A stretch of 64,000 nucleotides of DNA from the NCBI GenBank assembly GCA_965204725.1, contig OZ242005.1:2400001-2464000 (forward strand), given 5' to 3'. Origin of the DNA: Candidatus Latescibacterota bacterium. Lineage in GTDB: Bacteria > Latescibacterota > UBA2968 > UBA8231. Each line of letters starts with the position of its first letter. Position 1 is the first letter of the stretch. This document shows positions 29,249 to 38,903 of the stretch, in pieces. The notes beneath the pieces were generated by a model. It was not told the origin of the DNA. It was given only the letters and a program-made list of their open reading frames with translations, and did not search any database. The position numbers and the translations under genes are program-made.

Positions 29249-31303
29249 ATGTTGAGAAGCCTGCTTGCTCCGAGCCTCGCCGCTTTCGTCCTCACCGTCC
29301 CAGTCGGGGCCTTGGATACGCTCCGGGTGGGCTTGGACGCCCCGATTGATTGGGATGGCACCGGGGCGGCTATTGGTACGCTGGACCCAGAGTACCGCAG
29401 CTTGGTCAATCCCAACGTGGTGCTAATAGGCAACGCGCCGGGCGAGCTCATCGACTTTGCCCAGCGAGTCTTAGCGCCTCGGCAACTGCAAGAGGGCGAA
29501 AACATCGCGGCGGGGACCCTCGCACGCGGCGGCACAATAGCCGCCCCGACCGTGCTGCGCTTCACAGCCGACTTCACCCGCACGGATCTGGCCGAGGCCC
29601 TCGCCGAAATCCTCAGCGACCTAGCCGGCGGCGAGACCCAGGCCTTTGAGCGCAAAAGCGACGATGTGCGCGGCACCCTCATCATCGGCGATTTAGGGGG
29701 CCGCTTCGGCGTCAATCGCTTCCGCTTTTATCCGCGCAATACGGTCCATCCCGCGCCCACAGCCGCCTTCCAAAACGACTTTTTGCGCGCGTTTGAGCTA
29801 TTCGTCAACGACGGGCTCAATCTCACGGCCGATGGGTTTCCCCTGTGGGGCGCGCCCATCGTGGAGGAAGCCCAAAACACCCAGCCCGTGGTTGACCTTG
29901 AATTTGATCCGCCCCGCTACATTCGCTCCTTCCGCCTGCGCTCGGCCACGCCCATTCCCTTTGAAATAGACGAAATCGAAATCTACGGCACCGGCTTTTT
30001 GCCGGCCGCGACGTACTTCTCGGATATTTTCGCTACCGGCTTGGCGGCTTGGGGGCGCATTCGTTGGGTGGAAAAAGCCGTGGGGGACTCGGCTCAGTCC
30101 AGCCTGCTGATTGCCACGCGCAGCGGCAGCGACGACACGCCCTTTATCTTTCACCGCCAGCGCACCGACAAGCGCACCGATCCAGAGATTCCTTTCTCCA
30201 TTGCCGATCCCACCCAGCCCATGCGCCTAGCCGAATACGAACGCCTCCCCGTAGTCGATGCGAACGGCGTCACCTGGGCCAAAGGCTCGATCAAGGACGA
30301 TCTAGAACACTGGAGTCCTTGGAGCCCGCCCTATCCGCTCGACGAGGGCACATCCCCTCAAGGCACTCCGATCATCTCCCCTTCGCCGCGGCGCTTCCTC
30401 CAGTTTCGCGTCAGCGCGCAAAGCAACGATATTCATTCGGCGCGCCATCTAGAGCGCATTTCCCTTTCGTATCTGACGCCCCCGCTGGCCGACGAATTCG
30501 TCGCCGAGATTTTTCCCCGCCAAGTCGCGGCTTCCACCTCTACGTCCTTTACCTACGCCGTGCGGATGCGCATGAATTCGCCGAACCTGCTCGGATTCGA
30601 TACGTTTGCGATCCATACCCCCATTCGGGTGGAACAGGTGGAACAGGTGGAAATTCTCAACGCCCAAGGCGAGCTGCTCGCCTCCCATGCCTTTGCACAA
30701 GGCGATACGGCTGGCGGTTCGGGGCTTGCCATCAACGCCATTGCAGCAGACCGCTTCAGCGTGCGCTTTCCGCGCATTCAAGCCGATGGCAGTCTGCTGA
30801 AAATTGCGTTTCGCTCGGCCGTGCTGGCCTTCAGCACCGAATTTCGCGGGCAGGCCTCCCTGTCGAGCGAACCCGGCTCGTTTCAAAACGCCACCTCGGG
30901 CAATAGCACCGACTTGGACGCCGCAGACCAGCCCACCCACTCCGGCACCACCGTGCTGAGTCCCTCGATAATCCGCAGCACCCGGCTGATTGACTCCCTA
31001 GAGCTGACCCCCAATCCTTTTACGCCCAACCGCGACGGGATCAACGACCAAGTCGCCATTGCTTACAACATCTTGGCACTGACCGAGGCCGGGGCCGTCG
31101 CCGTGCGCCTGTACGACCTGTCGGGCCGGCTGGTCCACACCCTCCAGCAGACAGCACTCCGCAACGGTCGCTACGCCCTTACTTGGGATGGGCGAGCCGC
31201 TGGGGGCCAACTCGTCCCCCCGGGCGTGTACTTGCTGGGCGTGACCGTGGCCGGGGACCAAGGCGACGACCTGCGCGCTCACCCTTTATCCGTGGCTTAC
31301 TGA
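29249..31303 (+). CDS. Large secreted protein, subtype B, with C-terminal FTPN/FlgD-Ig domain
   Basis: AGGAG before ATG 29249, 'DLGGRFGVNRFRFYPRN', 'PNPFTPNRDGIND...WDGRAAGGQLVPPGVY', ends LSVAY. Confidence 0.8.
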   Translation: MLRSLLAPSLAAFVLTVPVGALDTLRVGLDAPIDWDGTGAAIGTLDPEYRSLVNPNVVLIGNAPGELIDFAQRVLAPRQLQEGENIAAGTLARGGTIAAPTVLRFTADFTRTDLAEALAEILSDLAGGETQAFERKSDDVRGTLIIGDLGGRFGVNRFRFYPRNTVHPAPTAAFQNDFLRAFELFVNDGLNLTADGFPLWGAPIVEEAQNTQPVVDLEFDPPRYIRSFRLRSATPIPFEIDEIEIYGTGFLPAATYFSDIFATGLAAWGRIRWVEKAVGDSAQSSLLIATRSGSDDTPFIFHRQRTDKRTDPEIPFSIADPTQPMRLAEYERLPVVDANGVTWAKGSIKDDLEHWSPWSPPYPLDEGTSPQGTPIISPSPRRFLQFRVSAQSNDIHSARHLERISLSYLTPPLADEFVAEIFPRQVAASTSTSFTYAVRMRMNSPNLLGFDTFAIHTPIRVEQVEQVEILNAQGELLASHAFAQGDTAGGSGLAINAIAADRFSVRFPRIQADGSLLKIAFRSAVLAFSTEFRGQASLSSEPGSFQNATSGNSTDLDAADQPTHSGTTVLSPSIIRSTRLIDSLELTPNPFTPNRDGINDQVAIAYNILALTEAGAVAVRLYDLSGRLVHTLQQTALRNGRYALTWDGRAAGGQLVPPGVYLLGVTVAGDQGDDLRAHPLSVAY

Positions 31304-31304
31304 C

Positions 31305-32948
31305 ATGGACCGAATACGCATCGCTACGCTAACTTACGTCCTGATCGGGGCCTTCTTGGGGGGCTGTGGTGAACAGGCGTCCCCCATCGTGGTGCAGATC
31401 GGCGAGCGGGCCATCACGGCCGAAGCACTCCGATCGTACGTCCTAGGACTAAACGAGAGCGAGCGAAGCCGCCGGCAAGGCCCGGCCGCACGGCGCGATT
31501 ACCTCCAACCCCTCATCGACTCCCACCTCATGGTGCTGGAAGCCCAAGCCCTCGGGTTGGACACGGCGGCCACCGTTGAGCGTCAACTAGCGCGCAAAAT
31601 CCGTCGGCACTTGGTCGCCCTCTATCTCAAAGGCAAACCCGTGCAACCGCCTCTCGTCGAGGAAGCCGACATCAAACAGCGCTTCGAGCGCAAGGGCCTT
31701 CACCGCAAGTTCGAGCGGAGGACTTGGGGCCTTATGACCGAGGCGCGGCCGGCACTCGACCAAGCCGTGGCCGAGTTGGCGGCCGGCGTCCCGTTTGGCG
31801 AAGTGACCGCCCGCTACTCCATCACCCCGGATGCGGCCAACGGCGGCGAACTCGGCTGGCTGCGGGTGGAATCCATCCGCCGCATGGGCCTGCCCGATTC
31901 CCTGTTTTACGATTTGCCCTTGGGGGTCTTATCGCCCGTGCTGCCCCACTCGGCCGGCTTTTGCGTCGTGCGCTTTGTCGAGGAGCGACCGCTATCCTAC
32001 TTCGACTTCCGCGACGAAATCCTCCAAGAGTTGCAAGAGGAAAGGCTCGGGGAAGCGCGGGCGGCGCGGGCCGAGCAGTTGGCCCACCAATACGACTGGA
32101 CCCTCCACGAGCCGGGATGGCGTCTCCTGCTCAAAAAGGGGCCGCTGTCGATCTCCTTAGCGGAAGAACAGACGCCTTTGTTCGAGTTTGCCGGTGGCCA
32201 AGTCCCCCTAGGCGAGCTACTCGACCAACTCAAAAGCCGCAATATCAACGCCCCAGCCGACAGCGCCGCCTTAGTCCAGCTTGCCGAGCGCGTACTGCTC
32301 CAGCCTTACATCTTTGCGGCCGCGGCCCGCCACGAGGAACTAATTGACCGCGAGGCCCTCGCAACGGTGCGGCAGAGCCTGCGTGAAGAGGTCGTCATAA
32401 GCCAACTGCGCCAGCAAAAAGTAGTCGCATCCATCGCCATCGCCCCAGAGGCCGTGCGCCGCTACTACGACGAGCAAACCGAGCGCTTCTATGGCCGGGA
32501 CCAGATCGACGTGGCCGAAGTGCTCGTCGAGACCGAGGAAGAGGCCCTCGCCGTGCGGCGGCAAATCGAAGCCGGGGCCGCCATCGCCGCCATCGCCCAA
32601 CAGCGCAGCAAACGCCGCGGCGCCCAAGCGCGGGGCGGAGTCTTTCCCTTGGAGAAAACCTCGGACTTAGTGCCCCATATCCTAGCCGCGCAGCCGGGCG
32701 AGTTGGTCGGGCCAGTCCCAGTCCACGACGGCTTCTCGGTATTTACCATAGTCCGCCGCCAACCGGGGGAGCGCATGCCTTTCGCTCAAGTCCGCCGTCA
32801 GATTGGCGACCAGTTGCGCCGGGCCGAGGAGCGGGAGCGGTTCCAAGCCTACATCGAAACCCTGCGCCGCCAATACGCCGATCGGATCCAAGTGGACCAA
32901 GCGCAATTAGCGGCCGCCCTCCCCGACGATTTCCTCGCCGCTTTCTAG
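31305..32948 (+). CDS. SurA/PrsA-like PpiC peptidyl-prolyl isomerase lipoprotein
   Basis: Lipobox LGGC, 'YSITPDAANGGELGW', 'VAEVLVETEEEA', 'GELVGPVPVHDGFSVF'. Confidence 0.85.
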   Translation: MDRIRIATLTYVLIGAFLGGCGEQASPIVVQIGERAITAEALRSYVLGLNESERSRRQGPAARRDYLQPLIDSHLMVLEAQALGLDTAATVERQLARKIRRHLVALYLKGKPVQPPLVEEADIKQRFERKGLHRKFERRTWGLMTEARPALDQAVAELAAGVPFGEVTARYSITPDAANGGELGWLRVESIRRMGLPDSLFYDLPLGVLSPVLPHSAGFCVVRFVEERPLSYFDFRDEILQELQEERLGEARAARAEQLAHQYDWTLHEPGWRLLLKKGPLSISLAEEQTPLFEFAGGQVPLGELLDQLKSRNINAPADSAALVQLAERVLLQPYIFAAAARHEELIDREALATVRQSLREEVVISQLRQQKVVASIAIAPEAVRRYYDEQTERFYGRDQIDVAEVLVETEEEALAVRRQIEAGAAIAAIAQQRSKRRGAQARGGVFPLEKTSDLVPHILAAQPGELVGPVPVHDGFSVFTIVRRQPGERMPFAQVRRQIGDQLRRAEERERFQAYIETLRRQYADRIQVDQAQLAAALPDDFLAAF

Positions 32949-32957
32949 AGAGACGCC

Positions 32958-35900
32958 ATGAACCGCAAGCACTACAGCCGTTGGAGCCGAGTTGGGGCCT
33001 TGGCCTTGGGGTGGTTGGCCCTTCAGCCCGTCAGCGCCCAAGCCCCCTTAGGCCACCGCCTACAGGGCGACCGCATCCTCGTCGATCAGGCTTCCTACTG
33101 GCGGCACTGGAGCGGGCCTTCGCACGTGGTCGATGTGCATTTAGACGGGACGGTTAGGCCCCATTTCTTTCGCCACGTGTACGACATCATTGCCGAAGAC
33201 CGCACGGTATTTGCCAAACCCGTGGCCCGACCGGGCATCCGCAAGGCGGACCGGGCGATTATGAACCTCGGGCGCACCCCGACGTTGGAAGCGGACGGCA
33301 GCTTGGCCCTCGGCAAATCCGAGCAATTGATCAAGTTCCTCAACCGCGACTTCAAACGCTTCCCCGGCAACGACAGCCAAATCCCCCTGAACGGCCGGCT
33401 CCTAACCATCATGGATACCACGCTCAGCCGCGACGGCAAGACCGTGACCCTGAGCTTGCGCGACGAGCGCACGGGCGCCGCATCGACCCGCGAGTTTGGC
33501 ACCAAGGACAAAATCGCATTTCCGGTGTACGACTACGTCCAGCGCGTCGGCGTCAGCCGGGTCGGTTCCAACGAGGCCCTAGCCCCCCACATTGTCGATG
33601 GCGACCGCACCACCTTTTGGGAACCGGACTTAACGGCCCCCCCAGACCAATGGTGGATCGAAATCGACTTGGGCCGCGCAGTCGTGGTCGAGAAAGTGGT
33701 GCTGCACTTTGTCGATGCGACCTTGGGCGATCCCTTCCGCCAATTCCGCGTCATGCTAGCCCCCCAGCAAAAGCTCATTCAAGCGCAAAGCCGCGTCCTC
33801 CAATTCAAGGTGGTCGGCCAGACCCGAGCGCCCAATACGGACCAGCGGACGGTGGCGTTTTCTTCTGCGGACACGCCCGGCTTTTCCGAAGACGACGACG
33901 GCCGCACCGAGTGGACCGGCCGCATGGCCCAGACCGTGCGCATTCTCATCGGCGACAGCAAGCTGGGGCGGGCACACCCCATCGACGAGGCGGCGTGGGA
34001 TGCGTTGCCGGCCGCCGAGCGCGGCGATGTGCTCTACTATATCCGCGACGACGTCGGCTTTGAGGAGCCAGTGGCGCAGGCCATTTACGAGAGCCTTCCC
34101 CAAGACCAGCAAGGCCGCAAAGAGTACTATATCCGCGAGCGGCCCCGGCTGGCCGAGGTCGAGGTCTGGGGTTGGGGCGACAACCTATCGCCCAAGCTCA
34201 TTGACGGCGGCGGCAGCGTCCGCTTTACTGGGCCGGAAGTCCCGGCCGGCGGCTTTGACGGCGACTGGAACACCACCTTTCGCATGCCGGCTTGGTTTAG
34301 TTCCAACCCCACCGCTGGCATTCTCACCGTCGATATTGGCGCCCGCGTCTGGCTCGATGCCATGCGCTTGGCCGTTCCCTTTATTCCCGGCTATATCGCC
34401 GAGGTGGCCGACGGCAGCCGCGATCCCAACGGCCAGCTCCGGTGGCGTCAGATCAGCCTACCCGACCGCATGGAAGGGGGATTCACGCGCGCCGCCGACC
34501 TGTTTGACCCCCCCCTAGATATTCGCTTCCTCAACCTGCGCCTGCCGGGTATCGCCCGGACTTCGGGCTTTTTCTACGACCTGACCGAAGTCCTGCTCTA
34601 TACCCAAGGGTTTGTCAGCCAAGCCTCGTTGGTGTCCGATATCATCCGCCTGCCGGGGCCGCGCAACTTCGGGGCCATCCGCTGGGATCCGCCCCCCGAC
34701 GCCCAACCGCCCGGCACGACCGCGGAAGTGCGGACGCGCACCGGCGACCTGCTGGTGCAGCAAATTCGCCATTTCGACGTCAACGGCAACGAGAAAACCA
34801 AAGCAGAGTGGGACAAGCTGATCAGCAGTTGGAAGGGGCCGATTGACACCACCTTTGCCCTCGGCAGCGGCTGGAGTCCTTGGAGCCAGCAGTACCTGCG
34901 GCCGGGCGACCGAGTCCGGTCCCCAGGACTACACAATTACATGCAGTTGCAGGTGCGCTTTACCAGCCAAGATCGCCTCCAAGCGGCCTCCATTCGGTCG
35001 ATTGAAGTCAAGCTCGCTCCGCCCGTAGCCCGCGCCCTCACCGCCGAAGTATGGCCCACGCAGGCCGCGATTGGCCGGTTGGACACCTTTGACCTGTACC
35101 TGCGCCCGACATTCATAGACGCACCAGCGGCCGACCGCACCCCCGGCTTTGACGAAATCCTCCTCCAAGCCCCGCCCGGGCTCGCGCTGCACCTGTTGAG
35201 TCTGAGCATCGGCACCGACGAAGAGCTAGGCCGAGGAGCCCCCTTGCAGACGTTCACCCTAGCGGCCGATGGCGACCTGATTGACGCGGCCGGCAGCATC
35301 GCCCAAGTGCGGCGCAACCACGCCGACTCGATCTGGGTCCAACTACCCCAACTCCACGAGACCCTACCGGCGGAGTTGGCGGTTCAGACCTACCATCGCA
35401 TTACCCCCCAAGGGGCCGAAGTCATCGTGGGCGCGGGCGGCGACCGGATCACCGAAGCGGCCTACGGGCTGCTCACCGAGGCCGAGCGCGGGGCCATCCT
35501 CTTTTTGCGGCAAACGGCCGATGGCCTGCAAGCGGTCTCGGGCCGGGCTGAGTACGAGGCCCTGCCCTCGGCCGAGCAAGGGCCGATTCGCTACTTTCGC
35601 AAACTGCGCGGCGGCGGGGCCCAATCGTCCTTTGACGCCTTGGGCGACTCCCTGACGCGCTCAGCGTACTACGCGCTGCCCCCAGCCGAGCGCGGGGCTG
35701 TCTTGGGGCAAGGCCGCTTGCTCCACTTGCGCTTTGCCGCGACCGTCTTTCGCAACGGAACCACCTTTACGCCGTTTGTGCGTCGCACAGCGGCGGGCGG
35801 CAACGGGAACTTGTGGCAGCAAGCCACTCCGGGCGATGCCACGTTGCTAACGGACAGCCGCCAACTGACCCTGAGCATTCCCGTGGGCGGGCAAGTCCTC

Positions 35901-36218
35901 GGCGACCTGACCTTGGCCCCCAATCCATTTACGCCCAACGGCGACGGGGTCAACGACGAACTCACGGTCGCGTTTTCCATCTTCCAAGTGACCCAAGCCC
36001 GCCAAGCGCGTCTGCGGCTCTACGCCCTAAACGGGCGGCTGATCTGGGAAACTAGCACCCAAGTGGCCGGTGGCCCCCAACAGATTCGCTGGTCCGGTCG
36101 CGACGCCGCCGGCCGCACCGTACCGCCCGGACTCTATATCTGCCGGATTGACTTCGGCGCGGATTCGGACCGGGCCGCGGCCACGGCCTTGGCCCGCACC
36201 GTGGCCGTAGTCTATTAA
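32958..36218 (+). CDS. Large secreted protein, subtype A, with C-terminal FTPNGDG/FlgD-Ig domain
   Basis: Signal peptide, 'HIVDGDRTTFW..QWWIEIDLGR', 'GDPFRQFRV', 'PNPFTPNGDGVND...WSGRDAAGRTVPPGLY', ends VAVVY. Confidence 0.8.
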   Translation: MNRKHYSRWSRVGALALGWLALQPVSAQAPLGHRLQGDRILVDQASYWRHWSGPSHVVDVHLDGTVRPHFFRHVYDIIAEDRTVFAKPVARPGIRKADRAIMNLGRTPTLEADGSLALGKSEQLIKFLNRDFKRFPGNDSQIPLNGRLLTIMDTTLSRDGKTVTLSLRDERTGAASTREFGTKDKIAFPVYDYVQRVGVSRVGSNEALAPHIVDGDRTTFWEPDLTAPPDQWWIEIDLGRAVVVEKVVLHFVDATLGDPFRQFRVMLAPQQKLIQAQSRVLQFKVVGQTRAPNTDQRTVAFSSADTPGFSEDDDGRTEWTGRMAQTVRILIGDSKLGRAHPIDEAAWDALPAAERGDVLYYIRDDVGFEEPVAQAIYESLPQDQQGRKEYYIRERPRLAEVEVWGWGDNLSPKLIDGGGSVRFTGPEVPAGGFDGDWNTTFRMPAWFSSNPTAGILTVDIGARVWLDAMRLAVPFIPGYIAEVADGSRDPNGQLRWRQISLPDRMEGGFTRAADLFDPPLDIRFLNLRLPGIARTSGFFYDLTEVLLYTQGFVSQASLVSDIIRLPGPRNFGAIRWDPPPDAQPPGTTAEVRTRTGDLLVQQIRHFDVNGNEKTKAEWDKLISSWKGPIDTTFALGSGWSPWSQQYLRPGDRVRSPGLHNYMQLQVRFTSQDRLQAASIRSIEVKLAPPVARALTAEVWPTQAAIGRLDTFDLYLRPTFIDAPAADRTPGFDEILLQAPPGLALHLLSLSIGTDEELGRGAPLQTFTLAADGDLIDAAGSIAQVRRNHADSIWVQLPQLHETLPAELAVQTYHRITPQGAEVIVGAGGDRITEAAYGLLTEAERGAILFLRQTADGLQAVSGRAEYEALPSAEQGPIRYFRKLRGGGAQSSFDALGDSLTRSAYYALPPAERGAVLGQGRLLHLRFAATVFRNGTTFTPFVRRTAAGGNGNLWQQATPGDATLLTDSRQLTLSIPVGGQVLGDLTLAPNPFTPNGDGVNDELTVAFSIFQVTQARQARLRLYALNGRLIWETSTQVAGGPQQIRWSGRDAAGRTVPPGLYICRIDFGADSDRAAATALARTVAVVY

Positions 36219-36242
36219 CCTACACGAGCCAAAGGGAAAATT

Positions 36243-38903
36243 ATGGAAGCGATCAGGCTAAAAACCGCGTCGGTGTCGGTGGTTTTGAGCTGCTTGCTCA
36301 GCCCGGCTTACAGCCAACCCGACTATGGGACGCGGCTGGGCGTCCCCCGCGGGAGCGGCGAGACCAGCTACGCCCCTTATGGCCCGGGCGTCCTCTTCGA
36401 CGCGCTGGACCCGGCCATTAAAAAGTGGTACGTGCCGCAGGAGCTCTACAACGAGTACCGCTGGCGTCAGTGGGAGTACAGCAACTACGCCCGCCACCAG
36501 TACCAGCGCTACGTCGATATCCAGCTAGAGGGCGACTACTACTACGACCTATTTGGCAACGCCATCACCCGCGGCTGGCTCATCTTTAGCAACTCCCAGA
36601 CCCAGCCGCGGCAATTTGGCAGCTCGCTGGTCAAGGCGACTCGCTTCAACAACTGGTTTTCGGGCGTGGCGATTGCCTCGGACAGCAAGGGGCAGTACCA
36701 CTACGCCCTGACCGTGTCGAATCGCCTGCGCACCACGCTCACCCCGATGAGCTTTTCCAAACCCGCTTGGGACGGGGTGCAATTCGACTTGGCGACCGAC
36801 AAGTACCAAGGCACCGTCATCTACTCGCGCCTTAGTTCGCCCGGCGGGGCCTCAACCGACAACACCGAAGTCCTCACCACCAACCTCACCACGCTCATGG
36901 GGGGACGGGCCACCGCTCAGATCGGCGACTTCACCCAACTCGGGGTCCACTTCGTCAACACCCACCAATCCAACACCCTGCGCGACGGCTTTAAGGGCAA
37001 CCCCATTGCCGGGGCCTTGACCGTGGACCAGAACCAGACCGTTTCCTTTATCGAGCTGGTCCTGCGCGACGACTCGCCCGAAGACGGCAGCGGGGGCGCG
37101 GCCTTCTTCCCGGTGGGTTCGGACATCCTCATTACGTACAACGACGGCGCGGTGGACCGCGGCCGGGAAATCCGCTTTGAACCCGCCATCCAAGGGGGGT
37201 TCGTGCAAGAAGGCTTTATCTCGGCCGATGGGTCTGAAGAGATCCGCCTGCTCTACGACTTCGACACGCCGGCCTTCGTCAACCGGGCCTCGGGTCCCAA
37301 AGAAGAAATCGCCCAAGTCGAGTTCGAGCTGACCATTGGCAACGACTATCAGGTGTGGATGACGTCCAACAACCAGACCAATCGCAGCGGCGAACCGGTG
37401 CTGTTGCTCGTGGCGCAGGCCGAGGGCAACGTGCAGGACAACACCAACCTGCGCATCCTCAAATTCGAGTACGGCTTGCCGACGGCGACCCAAATTGTCG
37501 GGGCCACCCTAGAGCTGCGGGATGTGGCCGGCTTCAACTTCTACGGCGAGTACGATCTGAGTGTGGCGTACCGCAAATACCCCAGCGTGACGCGGACCAG
37601 CCACACCACTTCGGCCGGCGTGGCCGGGGAGCAGGTCGAGCCCGCTTGGATGATCAACCTGTCCAAGGTCGCCCATCCGTGGTTCTTTTTTGGCGAAGCG
37701 TACAGCATGGACCCGCTCTACAACACCCGCACCTTTGTCACCGGCTCGGCCGGCAACATCGACTACGAAAACGAGCGGTTCCACGTGGTCGAGCTGGTCG
37801 AGGACAACGACGATCAAGACCGGGCACCCGACCTCGTGCGCGCCGATTCCCAAGCCGGCGACCGCCGAGTCTTTCCCGGCTGGGACGAAAATTACGACTT
37901 CATCTCGGACTTCAACCAAAACGACAACCTAACCATCTCCAACGGCATTCCCGACTACGACGAAGCCTTCCTCCGCCACCGCGTCGATCGCCCCGACTTC
38001 CTCTACGGGATTGACATGAACAACAATCTGTGGGTTGACCGCTTTGAAAACGACGAATCCCCAGACTATCCCTATCAGAAAGACCACCGAGGGTTCAACG
38101 TATATCTGGGCTACCGGCTGACCCCGGACCTCCGCCTTACCGTCGGGCACTTGCGCGAGGAACTCATCTCGGCCGACAAGCGCAATCACACGTCCTACGC
38201 CCTGTTGAGCCTAGACCGGGACGATCCCCAACAGGGGCGCGTCCGCTTTATGCAGATGGTCAAGCTGGCCCAAGACAACATGCCGGACGACCTGCTGCAG
38301 TGGTTCCCGGAAAACACGCAACGCGACGGCCAGTTGCAAAAAGTGGTAGATCCTCTTTTGGCCCAAGACACTTGGATCAATACCACTTGGCTGGGACACT
38401 CCTACAACCGCGGCGGCTTGGAGACGTACAACTATCTCAACTTGGAGCTTTTTCACCAGCGCGACGAAGCGGCCCGGCGCACGACGGACTCCTTTTTTGG
38501 CGTCATCAACAAATTCAGCTATCGCTACGATCTAGGGGCGGTCCAACTCGAGCCGCGCTGGAAAAGCGAATTCCGGCGTCAGACCGTGGGGCTGTTCACC
38601 GCCGACGAGGAGACCGTGCTGACCGAGATCTTGGGGTTCCTCTTGGGGTTTCCCATCCTCAACAACACCCGCATTCAAACCGGGATCGAGTACTCGTTCG
38701 CCAACGACATGAAGCGCGACAACAACGATTTCACCGGGCTGGCCGGCGCCTTGCAGCTAGCTAATGTGAGTTCCTACTTGGGCTACGAGGTATCCGCCCA
38801 AGTGGGGCTCAAAGCCGATTGGCGCGATTTCAAAAGCATTGAACGCGAATCCGAAATCCTGACCCAAGGCTTTATCACCCTGTATGCTGGCTTGGGCAAA
38901 TAA
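36243..38903 (+). CDS. Uncharacterised ~890-aa exported protein, putative beta-barrel (family of 11778/14624)
   Basis: 'GPGVLFDALDPAIKKWYVPQELY', 'TTLTPMSFSKP', 'DNDDQDR', 'FPGWDENYDFISDFNQN', ends 'FITLYAGLGK'. Confidence 0.65.
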   Translation: MEAIRLKTASVSVVLSCLLSPAYSQPDYGTRLGVPRGSGETSYAPYGPGVLFDALDPAIKKWYVPQELYNEYRWRQWEYSNYARHQYQRYVDIQLEGDYYYDLFGNAITRGWLIFSNSQTQPRQFGSSLVKATRFNNWFSGVAIASDSKGQYHYALTVSNRLRTTLTPMSFSKPAWDGVQFDLATDKYQGTVIYSRLSSPGGASTDNTEVLTTNLTTLMGGRATAQIGDFTQLGVHFVNTHQSNTLRDGFKGNPIAGALTVDQNQTVSFIELVLRDDSPEDGSGGAAFFPVGSDILITYNDGAVDRGREIRFEPAIQGGFVQEGFISADGSEEIRLLYDFDTPAFVNRASGPKEEIAQVEFELTIGNDYQVWMTSNNQTNRSGEPVLLLVAQAEGNVQDNTNLRILKFEYGLPTATQIVGATLELRDVAGFNFYGEYDLSVAYRKYPSVTRTSHTTSAGVAGEQVEPAWMINLSKVAHPWFFFGEAYSMDPLYNTRTFVTGSAGNIDYENERFHVVELVEDNDDQDRAPDLVRADSQAGDRRVFPGWDENYDFISDFNQNDNLTISNGIPDYDEAFLRHRVDRPDFLYGIDMNNNLWVDRFENDESPDYPYQKDHRGFNVYLGYRLTPDLRLTVGHLREELISADKRNHTSYALLSLDRDDPQQGRVRFMQMVKLAQDNMPDDLLQWFPENTQRDGQLQKVVDPLLAQDTWINTTWLGHSYNRGGLETYNYLNLELFHQRDEAARRTTDSFFGVINKFSYRYDLGAVQLEPRWKSEFRRQTVGLFTADEETVLTEILGFLLGFPILNNTRIQTGIEYSFANDMKRDNNDFTGLAGALQLANVSSYLGYEVSAQVGLKADWRDFKSIERESEILTQGFITLYAGLGK

